A stretch of DNA of 64,000 bases, from the IMG/VR virus record IMGVR_UViG_3300020455_000012, positions 6,836 to 70,835 of that record; one strand, 5' to 3'. Below the pieces are notes generated by a model. The model did no database searches. It saw only the letters and a program-made list of their open reading frames with translations, and had not been told where the DNA came from. Every line of letters begins with the position of its first letter. Position 1 is the stretch's first letter. This document shows positions 29,767 to 38,654 of this stretch, piece after piece. Origin of the DNA: a virus. Made by a program: the position numbers and the translations under genes.

Positions 29767-29772
29767 AGCTAT

Positions 29773-30675
29773 ATGAAAAACACTCACATCGAACACCCCG
29801 AAGATTCAATTCTTACAGGTGATTTATCCGTTCTGGATTGGTTTGTCGTTGAGAGTAACATTTCAGCGAAGATTGACGGAGCTCCAGCAATAGTTTGGGG
29901 TACTAATCCTGCCAATGGAAGATTCTTTGTAGGCACTAAATCTGTCTTCAATAAAGTTAAAATTAAGATCAATCATTCACATGAAGAGATTGATACTAAC
30001 CATCAAGGTAATGTAGCCACTATCTTACACAAATGCTTTGACAATCTACCATTTTTGCCAGGCATTTATCAAGGTGATTTCATTGGTTTCGGTGGTAACG
30101 ATCACTACACACCTAATACAATAACTTATTACTTTGATGAGGTTATTGATGCAGAAATTATCATTGCACCTCACACATATTATGAGGCAAAAGATGATTT
30201 AAGAAATGCAGTTGTTAAACCTTATCAGTTTGATTTAAGGGATACAGAATATACTAAATGGGTCAAACCTCATGTAATACTTAGTGATGATAGGGAAACT
30301 ATCATTAATTCATGCAACTTTGCTAGACAAATTGCTACTTTATGCGATTTTGTTGATGTTAAGAAAGCAACTAGGATTAAGAAGCAGTTGAATAAATGTA
30401 TTCGCAATGAAATTGAACTTGATGATTTACTATTAGATGCACTCGCAGATGATAACAACTGCGACATAAATGTTCTACGTTTATGGAAGTTAGTAGAGTC
30501 AATCAAGTTACAAATGTTTGATTATATCGATAGGTATGATGATGTTGATTGTTACATAGGGGAGAGTATGTGTGATCACGAGGGCTATGTAATCTCTAAT
30601 GAGTTTGGTACATATAAGGTTGTTAATCGTGAGGTATTCTCTTTCTTTAACTTCACAATGGAAAAAGCATGGTAG
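29773..30675 (+). CDS. DUF6267-like protein with ligase-type nucleotidyltransferase motifs
   Basis: THIEHPED, KIDGAP (KxDG), QGDF, HEGYV, KVVNR..FS. Confidence 0.65.
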   Translation: MKNTHIEHPEDSILTGDLSVLDWFVVESNISAKIDGAPAIVWGTNPANGRFFVGTKSVFNKVKIKINHSHEEIDTNHQGNVATILHKCFDNLPFLPGIYQGDFIGFGGNDHYTPNTITYYFDEVIDAEIIIAPHTYYEAKDDLRNAVVKPYQFDLRDTEYTKWVKPHVILSDDRETIINSCNFARQIATLCDFVDVKKATRIKKQLNKCIRNEIELDDLLLDALADDNNCDINVLRLWKLVESIKLQMFDYIDRYDDVDCYIGESMCDHEGYVISNEFGTYKVVNREVFSFFNFTMEKAW

Positions 30676-30733
30676 TGTGACAGTCAGCAAGCTGTCTACA
30701 TTTACCCCACAATACCCTAAAATCGGTTATTAT
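30676..30733 (+). promoter_or_regulatory. early promoter with palindrome
   Basis: TGTGACAGT...GCTGTCTACA; -10 TATTAT 30728-30733. Confidence 0.6.
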
Positions 30734-30822
30734 ATAGAAGTGGAGGGGAGAAGGATCTTAAATGACCTTGTATTGAACGAGGTGATCGCACTACCTCCAC
30801 ACTTTAAACAAAATGAGGTTTT

Positions 30823-31242
30823 ATGTCCACATTATCTGAAAGAGTTCTGGACTGGACACAAACCTATTGTGATTCATTAACAGAAAACTATAAGCAACAT
30901 TCAATAAGAATGTATGCAGGTTCTGATTCTGACTACTCTAAAAAGCAGTTAGAAAATGTAAAGAATGGTACTGCTAATCTTACCACCTTCGTTATCAAGA
31001 ATGGTCGTAAGTATTACAAGATCATGCAACGTGAGTTTGACACATTCCAAGATCGTAATGAATGGAAAGAAGGATGTGTTCATGCTTTTGTTGATAAGAA
31101 TACAGGTGAAGTTTACAAACCTGCTTCTTACAATTCTCCCGCTAAGTATGTAAGATTTGATATGAGAATTATCAATCAACGTGAGCAATTACACAACCCA
31201 TTCTTTACAGGATGGGCTGGTGGTTACTTATACTTAAGATAG
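30823..31242 (+). CDS. conserved phage early protein
   Basis: GRKYYKI...VHAFVDKNTGEVYKPAS..PAK..R motif. Confidence 0.75.
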   Translation: MSTLSERVLDWTQTYCDSLTENYKQHSIRMYAGSDSDYSKKQLENVKNGTANLTTFVIKNGRKYYKIMQREFDTFQDRNEWKEGCVHAFVDKNTGEVYKPASYNSPAKYVRFDMRIINQREQLHNPFFTGWAGGYLYLR

Positions 31243-31251
31243 GAGATTATC

Positions 31252-31479
31252 ATGTTTAAATCACAATCATTCGGAAGAATCTTTTGGGTTGATGATAACG
31301 ATGACTTCAAATCATGCCCACAAAATGTAGATGGAACTGGTGACTTTGACGCTGCTGATTATGTATCAGAGTGGTCAGATTGGGAGGGAGTTAATATGGA
31401 AACTCTCCTTAATATTCACCAGTCATGTGTAATTAACAAGCAAATTCATTCAAACTCATTAATCTTGGAGGGTATTTAA
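31252..31479 (+). CDS. hypothetical protein
   Basis: AGGAG RBS. Confidence 0.7.
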   Translation: MFKSQSFGRIFWVDDNDDFKSCPQNVDGTGDFDAADYVSEWSDWEGVNMETLLNIHQSCVINKQIHSNSLILEGI

Positions 31480-31481
31480 TT

Positions 31482-31691
31482 ATGTCAGAACTATTAAACA
31501 GTTACACATTTGAAGCAAAGAAAATTGTTTACTATTCAGTAACAGTTGGTGCAGAAAATAAAACTGAAGCAAAGAGAATTGCAAAAGATTTTGAACATTG
31601 CAAACATTATGAAGAGGTTGAGTATTGTGATGGATATGAATATAAGGTAGGTAAACTATTAGAAACAACTGATGAAAAGTGGTTAACATGA
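31482..31691 (+). CDS. hypothetical protein
   Basis: GGAGG RBS. Confidence 0.7.
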   Translation: MSELLNSYTFEAKKIVYYSVTVGAENKTEAKRIAKDFEHCKHYEEVEYCDGYEYKVGKLLETTDEKWLT

Positions 31692-31870
31692 ACAAAGATC
31701 TAAACAAATTGATGAGAAGTTATCAATTTAAGTTGGTAAGAACTACCAAACATTATAAATGGGAGGGGCCAAATCGTTCTGTTGTTTTTACATCAAAGAC
31801 TGCATCTGATAGAAGGTCACTCAAGAATATTAAGTCAAACATTATTAAACAATTAAACCATGTTAGTTGA
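31688..31870 (+). CDS. HicA-like small basic protein
   Basis: F.LVR..KHYKW...VVFTSKTASD.R..KN pattern; ATG at 31688. Confidence 0.55.
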   Translation: MNKDLNKLMRSYQFKLVRTTKHYKWEGPNRSVVFTSKTASDRRSLKNIKSNIIKQLNHVS

Positions 31871-32024
31871 CTTAAATAAAGATGAGATTAAGTACATCGT
31901 GAATATACTTAGTCTCAATAATGCGGAGTTAATGAATAAAGAGGAGACAGATTTCTCTTCTAATCTTTATCTTAAGCTGCGTAATCTATCCACTGTTTGT
32001 ACATGTAAGGAGGACAATCAATGA
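31860..32024 (+). CDS. hypothetical protein
   Basis: 54-aa ORF overlapping both neighbours. Confidence 0.55.
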   Translation: MLVDLNKDEIKYIVNILSLNNAELMNKEETDFSSNLYLKLRNLSTVCTCKEDNQ

Positions 32025-32164
32025 AATGGGATGTTAAACTATTCGTTGCTGGTAGTATGTTTACAGAGCAAGTTCATGCCACTAATATGCAAGATGCTCG
32101 CAAAACTGCACTAGCACGTAACCCTACTGCACGTATAGTTTCTGTTACAGTATCATTTAAGTGA
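32021..32164 (+). CDS. small phage protein
   Basis: AAGGAGG RBS; MKWDVKLFVAG...ALARNP. Confidence 0.7.
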   Translation: MKWDVKLFVAGSMFTEQVHATNMQDARKTALARNPTARIVSVTVSFK

Positions 32165-32220
32165 CCACATTCTGAAGTGTCACAAACCCTATTGACTTAA
32201 GTGTTGATAGGGTTTATTAT
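32161..32220 (+). promoter_or_regulatory. early promoter with hairpin
   Basis: AAGTGTCACA; TTGACT-17-TATTAT; AAACCCTATTGAC/GTTGATAGGGTTT. Confidence 0.8.
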
Positions 32221-32241
32221 ATTATTAAGTCGCAAAATGCC

Positions 32242-33462
32242 ATGACAAAGTTACGTCCTCATCAGGAAAGAGTTGTTAACAGTTTACGGGACAATTCCAG
32301 AGGGCAAGTTATAGTTCCCACTGGTGGTGGTAAGACTCTATGTATGATCAAGGACGCACAATCGCAGTTTAATAGTTGTGATTGGGATGTAATCCTTAAA
32401 GATCCTGATAGAAAGACCATCGTAATTGTAGCTCCACGTATACTATTAGCACAGCAACTTTCCGAAGATTTCATACAATTTCTAGACGTACATCCAATGC
32501 TTCAGTATAAAGTATTGCACGTACATAGTGGTGAAACACATCACTTTTCAAGCACTAATCCTGACACTATATGTGATTGGGCAACCTTTAATTACAGGTA
32601 CAATAAGTTAATCTTTACCACGTATCATTCTCTTCATAAGATACAGGATTCAAAGATTAACATTGATACTTTATACTTTGATGAAGCACATAATAGTGTT
32701 CAGAAGAACTTTCAGCCCCCTGCTAAGTATTACTCAACCAAGACAAATAGCAGGTGCTTCTTTTTTACTGCCACTCCTAAACATTGCTTGTCTGATGATA
32801 AGATAGGCATGGAAACTGAAGAGGTTTATGGTAAAGTATTATGTGATATTCCTGCTCCTGAGTTAGTACAACAGGGACACATATTACCACCTAAAGTTGT
32901 TATCAAGAAGATACAAAGGGAAGACGATAGTAGACTCAAATGTGAGCATGATTGCGAGAACTTGTTATCAACAATCGATGAGCAATCTATGGACAAGATA
33001 TTAATTTGTGCAAGATCTACTGCACAAATAGTATCACTCACATCACAGACTAGGTTCTGTTCAGAGTTAGAAATGAGAGGCTATTCTTGGATGTATATAA
33101 CATCTAAGACTGGTGCAATCGTTGATGGTAAGAAGATCAACAGGGAAGAATTTTTCACTACATTAAACAAATGGGGCAAAGATTCAACCAAGAAGTTTGT
33201 AGTTATGCACCACAGTATTCTCTCTGAAGGTATCAACGTAGCAGGATTAGAAGCTGCATTGTTCTTACGCAACATGGATTATATCACTATTAGTCAAACA
33301 ATAGGGAGGGTAATCCGTAAGGGTAATGTAAACAAACAGTTCGGCCTCGTAGTGATACCAGCATGGGATAGAGTTGGTATCAGCACCTCAAAGCGAGTAG
33401 AGGCCGTTGTTGATACTATATTCAACAAGGGACAGGCAGCAGTATCAGTGGTCAGATCATGA
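32242..33462 (+). CDS. SF2 DEAH helicase (type III restriction Res-like)
   Basis: LRPHQ, PTGGGKT, DEAH, TAT, LSEGIN, QTIGRVIR. Confidence 0.9.
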   Translation: MTKLRPHQERVVNSLRDNSRGQVIVPTGGGKTLCMIKDAQSQFNSCDWDVILKDPDRKTIVIVAPRILLAQQLSEDFIQFLDVHPMLQYKVLHVHSGETHHFSSTNPDTICDWATFNYRYNKLIFTTYHSLHKIQDSKINIDTLYFDEAHNSVQKNFQPPAKYYSTKTNSRCFFFTATPKHCLSDDKIGMETEEVYGKVLCDIPAPELVQQGHILPPKVVIKKIQREDDSRLKCEHDCENLLSTIDEQSMDKILICARSTAQIVSLTSQTRFCSELEMRGYSWMYITSKTGAIVDGKKINREEFFTTLNKWGKDSTKKFVVMHHSILSEGINVAGLEAALFLRNMDYITISQTIGRVIRKGNVNKQFGLVVIPAWDRVGISTSKRVEAVVDTIFNKGQAAVSVVRS

Positions 33463-33508
33463 ACTGTCCACTATTCTCCCTATTGTCCTCAAAATGATGT
33501 ATTATAAT
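33462..33508 (+). promoter_or_regulatory. early promoter
   Basis: AACTGTCCAC; TATTATAAT; shares 19 bp with the 34724 copy. Confidence 0.7.
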
Positions 33509-33532
33509 AGAGTAGTCAAGCAAAGGTATTTC

Positions 33533-33772
33533 ATGGAAATTACTTCAAAAGATGGAAATATGGTTGTTGACTTCTATCCTGTAAAGAATTGGGATGGTAC
33601 ATTGATCAGCAATCGTATGCTAAAAGTATTATCTTTCAGAGGTGATATGCAAAAGAAAATGATAATAACTCGTGATGAGTTTGGTAGTCAAATAAAAGAG
33701 TATATTCACCACTATAAGTATAAAGTTACATCTAAGTATTCACCAGCACAATTTGTTACTTTGGAGGGTTAA
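33533..33772 (+). CDS. hypothetical protein, paralog of 35498
   Basis: MEITSKDG.MVVDFYP; start placed after promoter. Confidence 0.7.
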   Translation: MEITSKDGNMVVDFYPVKNWDGTLISNRMLKVLSFRGDMQKKMIITRDEFGSQIKEYIHHYKYKVTSKYSPAQFVTLEG

Positions 33773-33774
33773 TC

Positions 33775-34704
33775 ATGCGTTATTCTGTACACTGTCCTTC
33801 TGCATCTTTTGAAAATAGTTCTTTCATTAACCTCGAAGATTGTTGGGGTTTATGTTTAGAATTATCGGAACAATATGGATATGCAGAAGTTAGACATGGT
33901 AATTGTTTACTTGGTTCTTATACAAATGGAGGCTAATTGATCATGTCATGTATAAACAACGAAGCACTACTTGAAACTTTGTTTGAAGAAGTTTGTGCAG
34001 AATATCCTCAATTTGATGAGGAACAATGCGAGTCTATTGCTAAAGCAAGGTTTGAAGATTACTCAAACTAATTGATAACAATGTGGAATGACTATGCCAC
34101 TAAAAAGACAGTCACTTGTCGTAATTTACTTTTTATTATGTCATTAGACAGCACACAGTTTGTATCATTCAACTTCGCAGAATTCCTGCTAGATAATGCA
34201 AACAATGGGAATGAAATCCTTGCTGTATTAGATGATATTGTAGAGGTGCAAACAGCCCTCTAAAGTATCATCAACCAACGGGGCAACGGACATATTGAGA
34301 GTTTGAATCTCTCATCTATATGTACACCCTCTTGCCCCATTTTTCCTTCATTAACTATCATTATGTCAGAAGACATTCTTGAACAACTTAATAAACAAGA
34401 AGCACAAATCTTTGATCTTCCAGAGATGCAAGATAACAAAGATTTCGACCTTAATTCTTACTTAAACTCTGATATTGATTACTAATGAACACAACTATTC
34501 GTTACTGGTACAATGATACTCAGCAGTGCAAATATGCAAGGTTTCCTACATATCAACAAGCACTAGATTTCATTGAGTTACTATCAACAATCAACGTAAG
34601 ATCAGAGGTTAAGTTATACTAATGGTTTACGTAATTGGCCTCCTATTTGTTATTTTAGTGTGTGCCTTTGTATATTACCTTAAATTATACAATCCGCACC
34701 CATA
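33775..34704 (+). other. run of very small early ORFs (e.g. 33775-33936, 33943-34071, 34138-34263, 34363-34485)
   Basis: Tightly packed ~40-55 codon ORFs, several with GGAGG RBS, mostly acidic. Confidence 0.55.
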
Positions 34705-34710
34705 ACCCGA

Positions 34711-34764
34711 CCAGTTCATAAAGTGTCCACTATTCTCCCTATAGTGGGCATTTTTTGCTATTAT
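34711..34764 (+). promoter_or_regulatory. early promoter / terminator hairpin
   Basis: CCAGTT-CATA-AAGTGTCCAC; TGTCCACTAT/ATAGTGGGCA + T-tract; TGCTATTAT. Confidence 0.8.
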
Positions 34765-34813
34765 ATAAAGGTGGGAGAGACACCACGCAACATTCACTCT
34801 AATTCTTCATCAC

Positions 34814-35161
34814 ATGCGTAAAATCGAAAGAGCCATGAACTTCGCTATCTCTAATAAGGGTAACTGGAGCTCATCTAATACTCAGGTTACTTTCAACGAG
34901 TCAACCAACTGCTCAAACGTTTTTCTACATGGTCACAACATCGCAACAGTAGACCACTCTACAAATGCTGTAAAGGTTTCAAGTTGCGGATGGCAGACTG
35001 TCACTACTAAGTCAAGATTAAATGCTATACTTAGTGAGGTAAAATACGGTTGTTCAGTATTTCAAAAGCAGTGGAATTGGTACGTTTCATTCCGTGGTCA
35101 GACACAAGATTTCATGGATGGAATGATACTTTTAGATACACAATCACTAGAGGTGGCATAA
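34814..35161 (+). CDS. conserved phage early protein
   Basis: MRKIE..M..AI...W...NT.V...LHGH.IA...GW.T.TTKSRLNA. Confidence 0.75.
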   Translation: MRKIERAMNFAISNKGNWSSSNTQVTFNESTNCSNVFLHGHNIATVDHSTNAVKVSSCGWQTVTTKSRLNAILSEVKYGCSVFQKQWNWYVSFRGQTQDFMDGMILLDTQSLEVA

Positions 35162-35202
35162 ACATTGCCCCTCTTTTTTCTGTCCTTTATTATTACAAAC
35201 TC

Positions 35203-35355
35203 ATGCAGCCACTAACTACAACTGAATACAACGAAGTTTGCAAGAGTTATGAAAACTTTGGTAGCAAACTATTTGATGAAATGTTTATAGGTTATGATGA
35301 CGATTCTGTCTCATATCTTTATAATCAAGACTACTATTTTGGGGGTGCTAAGTAA
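35203..35355 (+). CDS. small acidic protein
   Basis: Internal ATG of track ORF 35050. Confidence 0.5.
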   Translation: MQPLTTTEYNEVCKSYENFGSKLFDEMFIGYDDDSVSYLYNQDYYFGGAK

Positions 35356-35497
35356 TGTTTATCGTATTTACTTCACCTAATCAGTTCGTTAAAAGTTATA
35401 ATGAAGCATGTAATATTGCAGATGCTCATTATCAATCAACTGGTGAAATCGTAGCAGTCGAGAGATCAGAACATCACCCAATCGGAGGTACTAACTA

Positions 35498-35749
35498 ATG
35501 CAAATCACATCACAATCAGGAGCAGTAGTTATTGATTACTATCCTACAAAAACACGTGCTAATGTTAAACTGTATGATCATGTTCTACAGATACTAACAT
35601 TAAATGGTAAGACTTTCCTTAAGAAAGTAATATCAACCGAGAACTATATCAATGATGTATATAATCGGATACATAATTTTAAGTTCATTGATAATAACGT
35701 AGACCACTCTAATTTACATCAGTTCATCACACTTAAGGAGGTAAACTAA
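35498..35749 (+). CDS. hypothetical protein, paralog of 33533
   Basis: GGAGG RBS; MQITSQSG.VVIDYYP. Confidence 0.7.
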   Translation: MQITSQSGAVVIDYYPTKTRANVKLYDHVLQILTLNGKTFLKKVISTENYINDVYNRIHNFKFIDNNVDHSNLHQFITLKEVN

Positions 35750-35751
35750 CA

Positions 35752-36087
35752 ATGACATTTGAAGATTCAATGCACAAAGTAACATTATCTGGTAGTGAAA
35801 TCTCCACAATTCTTTTCATATTGGAGGGATATAATTCACTTGATAGTAATGGTTATGACCCTGAATGTAGAGAGGATGTTGATAATATCCTTGAGAGATT
35901 AGAGGAAGTTGCTGATAACTGGGAAGGACAATTTGCAGAACCAAAAGTAACAATAACTCCCCAACAATTAGAGGGTGATATAAGTACAGTTACAGATGAT
36001 GATTATGCAGATAAAGTTGATACATTAGTAGGTAATATGGTGGCTTCAGATGATAACGTATATACCCATGATTCGGAGGGTTGTTAA
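35752..36087 (+). CDS. acidic hypothetical protein
   Basis: AAGGAGG RBS; D/E-rich. Confidence 0.7.
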   Translation: MTFEDSMHKVTLSGSEISTILFILEGYNSLDSNGYDPECREDVDNILERLEEVADNWEGQFAEPKVTITPQQLEGDISTVTDDDYADKVDTLVGNMVASDDNVYTHDSEGC

Positions 36088-36380
36088 CAATGAATGATCT
36101 TAATCCTATTGAAGTTAGTAACAATGTTTCACTCACACTTTCATACGATGAGTTACATCAAATGAGTAGATTGTATGAAACATTATTAGAAACCGACCAT
36201 GAATTTCATCCCTTAGTTGATGACGTATTCATTAAAATCTTGGAGGCAAAATAACAATGAAGACAATGACTAAGTATGAATGGAACGAGCAATTTTACAA
36301 AGAGTTAGTAATAGATTATAATTACAGATTCCCCAAGTTTATGGAAATTAGTTACCCTAATCACAAGGAGGAAAGTATTA

Positions 36381-36698
36381 ATGAATAACTCAAATTCCCT
36401 CCCAAGACGAGATGCGAACGCCGCCGATTTTAAGACTCAAACTATCAACAACTGTAATGTCACTAGGTATACACGAGGGGGCAAGAATGGGAAGCAATTA
36501 GTATGCCCAGAATGTGATAATATTATAAGGATATATCACTTTAACTTCAGCGGATTAACATGTCCTCAGTGTAAACAATCAGTAGCCAAATACGATTGGA
36601 AAGTAAGAACAATTCAAGATCAATTAGGGTCTGATAGTAATACTGAGGAGGAGCAATCTTATGTTGATTCTTTACTCACAGCAGGTACAAATACATGA
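36381..36698 (+). CDS. zinc-ribbon protein
   Basis: AAGGAGG RBS; CPEC...CPQC. Confidence 0.7.
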   Translation: MNNSNSLPRRDANAADFKTQTINNCNVTRYTRGGKNGKQLVCPECDNIIRIYHFNFSGLTCPQCKQSVAKYDWKVRTIQDQLGSDSNTEEEQSYVDSLLTAGTNT

Positions 36699-36883
36699 CT
36701 CAAAACTATACACGACATGGTAGAAGTCCTGTAAGTAAACAACATTTAGAGAGTCTAGATTGTCTTGATAAAGCATACAATCAAGAGGGTATATCAGAGG
36801 GGGATAAAAGATTTTATTGGGCGAAGATTCAGCAGTTAACTAACAGTCTTACAGAGTAGTATAGCCACTAAGTATTAATGAGG

Positions 36884-37211
36884 TTTTCCACAGTTTCTAA
36901 CACTTTCTGTGGAAAACTTTCTATTTTAATGTTATTTTGGTCTAATAAATAGCAAATTAAATATAGTTATGCTTTCTAATCGTTTTCCACAAGTTATCAA
37001 CAATGGGGAGTTAATCTGTGGAAAAGGTATCAAATAGTGTGGAAATAGTGTTGATAAAGTGTCATTCTTATAGTGATCTTAGCGAGTCGATTATAACACG
37101 AACTCGCTTAAATTACAAGACCCTCGATGTAATTTTGTGGATATAATAACAAACCAGTTCAGTATAAACTTAAACCGATAGTTTTAGTTCGTTTGTATTA
37201 AGTTTTCCACA
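36884..37211. other. DnaA-box cluster, putative replication origin
   Basis: Five exact TTTTCCACA/TGTGGAAAA plus four variants around an AT-rich tract in non-coding DNA. Confidence 0.65.
37090..37118 (-). promoter_or_regulatory. minus-strand sigma70 promoter facing the DnaA boxes
   Basis: TTGTAA-17-TATAAT with TG extension; AGCGAGT/ACTCGCT hairpin around the -10. Confidence 0.6.
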
Positions 37212-37289
37212 TAAATATCATATACTTAGTTGACAGTAACTCTCCGTTATGTTAGACTAACTCAGTAACACTTACACAAGGCTAATTCC

Positions 37290-37463
37290 ATGTCAGTTCT
37301 TTACAGTCAAGCGTCAAAGAGTAAGTATAGAATAACGTTGGAATTAGAGACACTAAGTGACTTTAACCCCCATGATATTAGCTGGGAGAAAGTATTTGAA
37401 TTACAAGACAATGAGTGCTGCAAAAGTGTTATCGAAGACATGAGTAATCCTGTCAGTTGGTAG
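37290..37463 (+). CDS. small hypothetical protein (57 aa)
   Basis: ORF after TTGACA-17-TAGACT at 37230-37258. Confidence 0.6.
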   Translation: MSVLYSQASKSKYRITLELETLSDFNPHDISWEKVFELQDNECCKSVIEDMSNPVSW

Positions 37464-37519
37464 ATACTTAAGACCGACAGTTTGCTCAGAGTTATTGTTA
37501 CAAACTGTGTGGGTGCTAT

Positions 37520-37549
37520 TTGACAGTTAAGGCACGAATATGCTATAAT
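37520..37549 (+). promoter_or_regulatory. consensus sigma70 promoter with no adjacent ORF
   Basis: TTGACA-18-TATAAT with TG extended -10. Confidence 0.7.
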
Positions 37550-37768
37550 TGTTATATGCGTATTGACAGTATTATGCGTTGTTCGTTGATGCCGTGCCGT
37601 GGGGCGTTGCTAAAAAAAGATAGAGACCCTAACCTACAGAGGTGACAATTCGAGATGTATATATAAAAATCGCCAAAATTTTTCCGAGGTAAAACCCCCC
37701 TTCACTACCTTTTTACCTACTTGCAATTATGTGGATATTGATATATAATAAGTGAAGGACGATAACAC

Positions 37769-38005
37769 ATGATGTACGACGAAACTACCTATCACATCTA
37801 TGCACAAGATAGATGTCTTTATGCCAATCTTCCTGAAGACGAATTTGAAGAGACATGGGAGATGTTAAAGGTGATGGTAGGGTTGTTAAAGACAGACTAT
37901 ACTGAGAGAGACTTATCATATATTAAACTAGGGCCTAAGTGCGGCGTTGGAGGACCAGGCAGAGTTACTTTAAACAAACCAGAGTGGGAAGAGGATTCAT
38001 ATTAA
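37769..38005 (+). CDS. hypothetical cyanophage protein
   Basis: ORF after TTGCAA-17-TATAAT (37721-37749). Confidence 0.7.
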   Translation: MMYDETTYHIYAQDRCLYANLPEDEFEETWEMLKVMVGLLKTDYTERDLSYIKLGPKCGVGGPGRVTLNKPEWEEDSY

Positions 38006-38625
38006 TGGAAAGAGGTGTAAATCCAATATTCCCTTTACCTCTCTTTTTAGATGAAGCACAGGATGATGAATATACAGAGGTACAGAAAGAACTTACTTGT
38101 GCTAAGAATGAATTAAAGTTTAATGATATGGGAAGTTATATGATATTGAATGAAGATCCATTTAGTACCAATTTCTTAGTTACTCATAAGTGTAATAAAA
38201 CTATTAATCTTATAAACAAAACAGTTGATAAATTTCTTAAGTCTCTATATGGTGAGTATAATACGGATGGTACTGTTAAATGGGTTATAGCAGAATCATG
38301 GATGACAAAGACGAATAAAGGTAGATGTGCAAGAGTACATTCTCATGGTCCTGCAGATATATCTGGAGTTTATTACTTAGATACAAATGGTAATGATGGT
38401 AATTTAATACTCTGTAATATGCATAATCAACTGCAGGGTAATATGTTATTGTGTCAAATAATTGAAAAAGGAGATATAAAAATGCCATTAGAAAATGGAA
38501 TGATCTTCTTATGGCCTGGCCAGTTAAAACATTATACTTTAGAAAATCAAACTGATCATGAAAGAGTAAGTGTAAGTTTTAATATTAATTTAAGTAGAAA
38601 GGGATTTGATACGTTATATTCTTAG
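38005..38625 (+). CDS. 2OG-Fe(II) oxygenase (TIGR02466-like)
   Basis: ESW, HSH, ISGVYY, WPGQLKH, RVSVSFN; TAATG coupling supports ATG 38005. Confidence 0.8.
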   Translation: MERGVNPIFPLPLFLDEAQDDEYTEVQKELTCAKNELKFNDMGSYMILNEDPFSTNFLVTHKCNKTINLINKTVDKFLKSLYGEYNTDGTVKWVIAESWMTKTNKGRCARVHSHGPADISGVYYLDTNGNDGNLILCNMHNQLQGNMLLCQIIEKGDIKMPLENGMIFLWPGQLKHYTLENQTDHERVSVSFNINLSRKGFDTLYS

Positions 38626-38654
38626 TTCGGTAATTACATCATTTCAATTAATTA

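Noticed and set aside
28458-33462. Complete type III restriction-modification system
   Set aside because: Genes are about 3 kb apart in separate transcription units and the helicase has no nuclease domain
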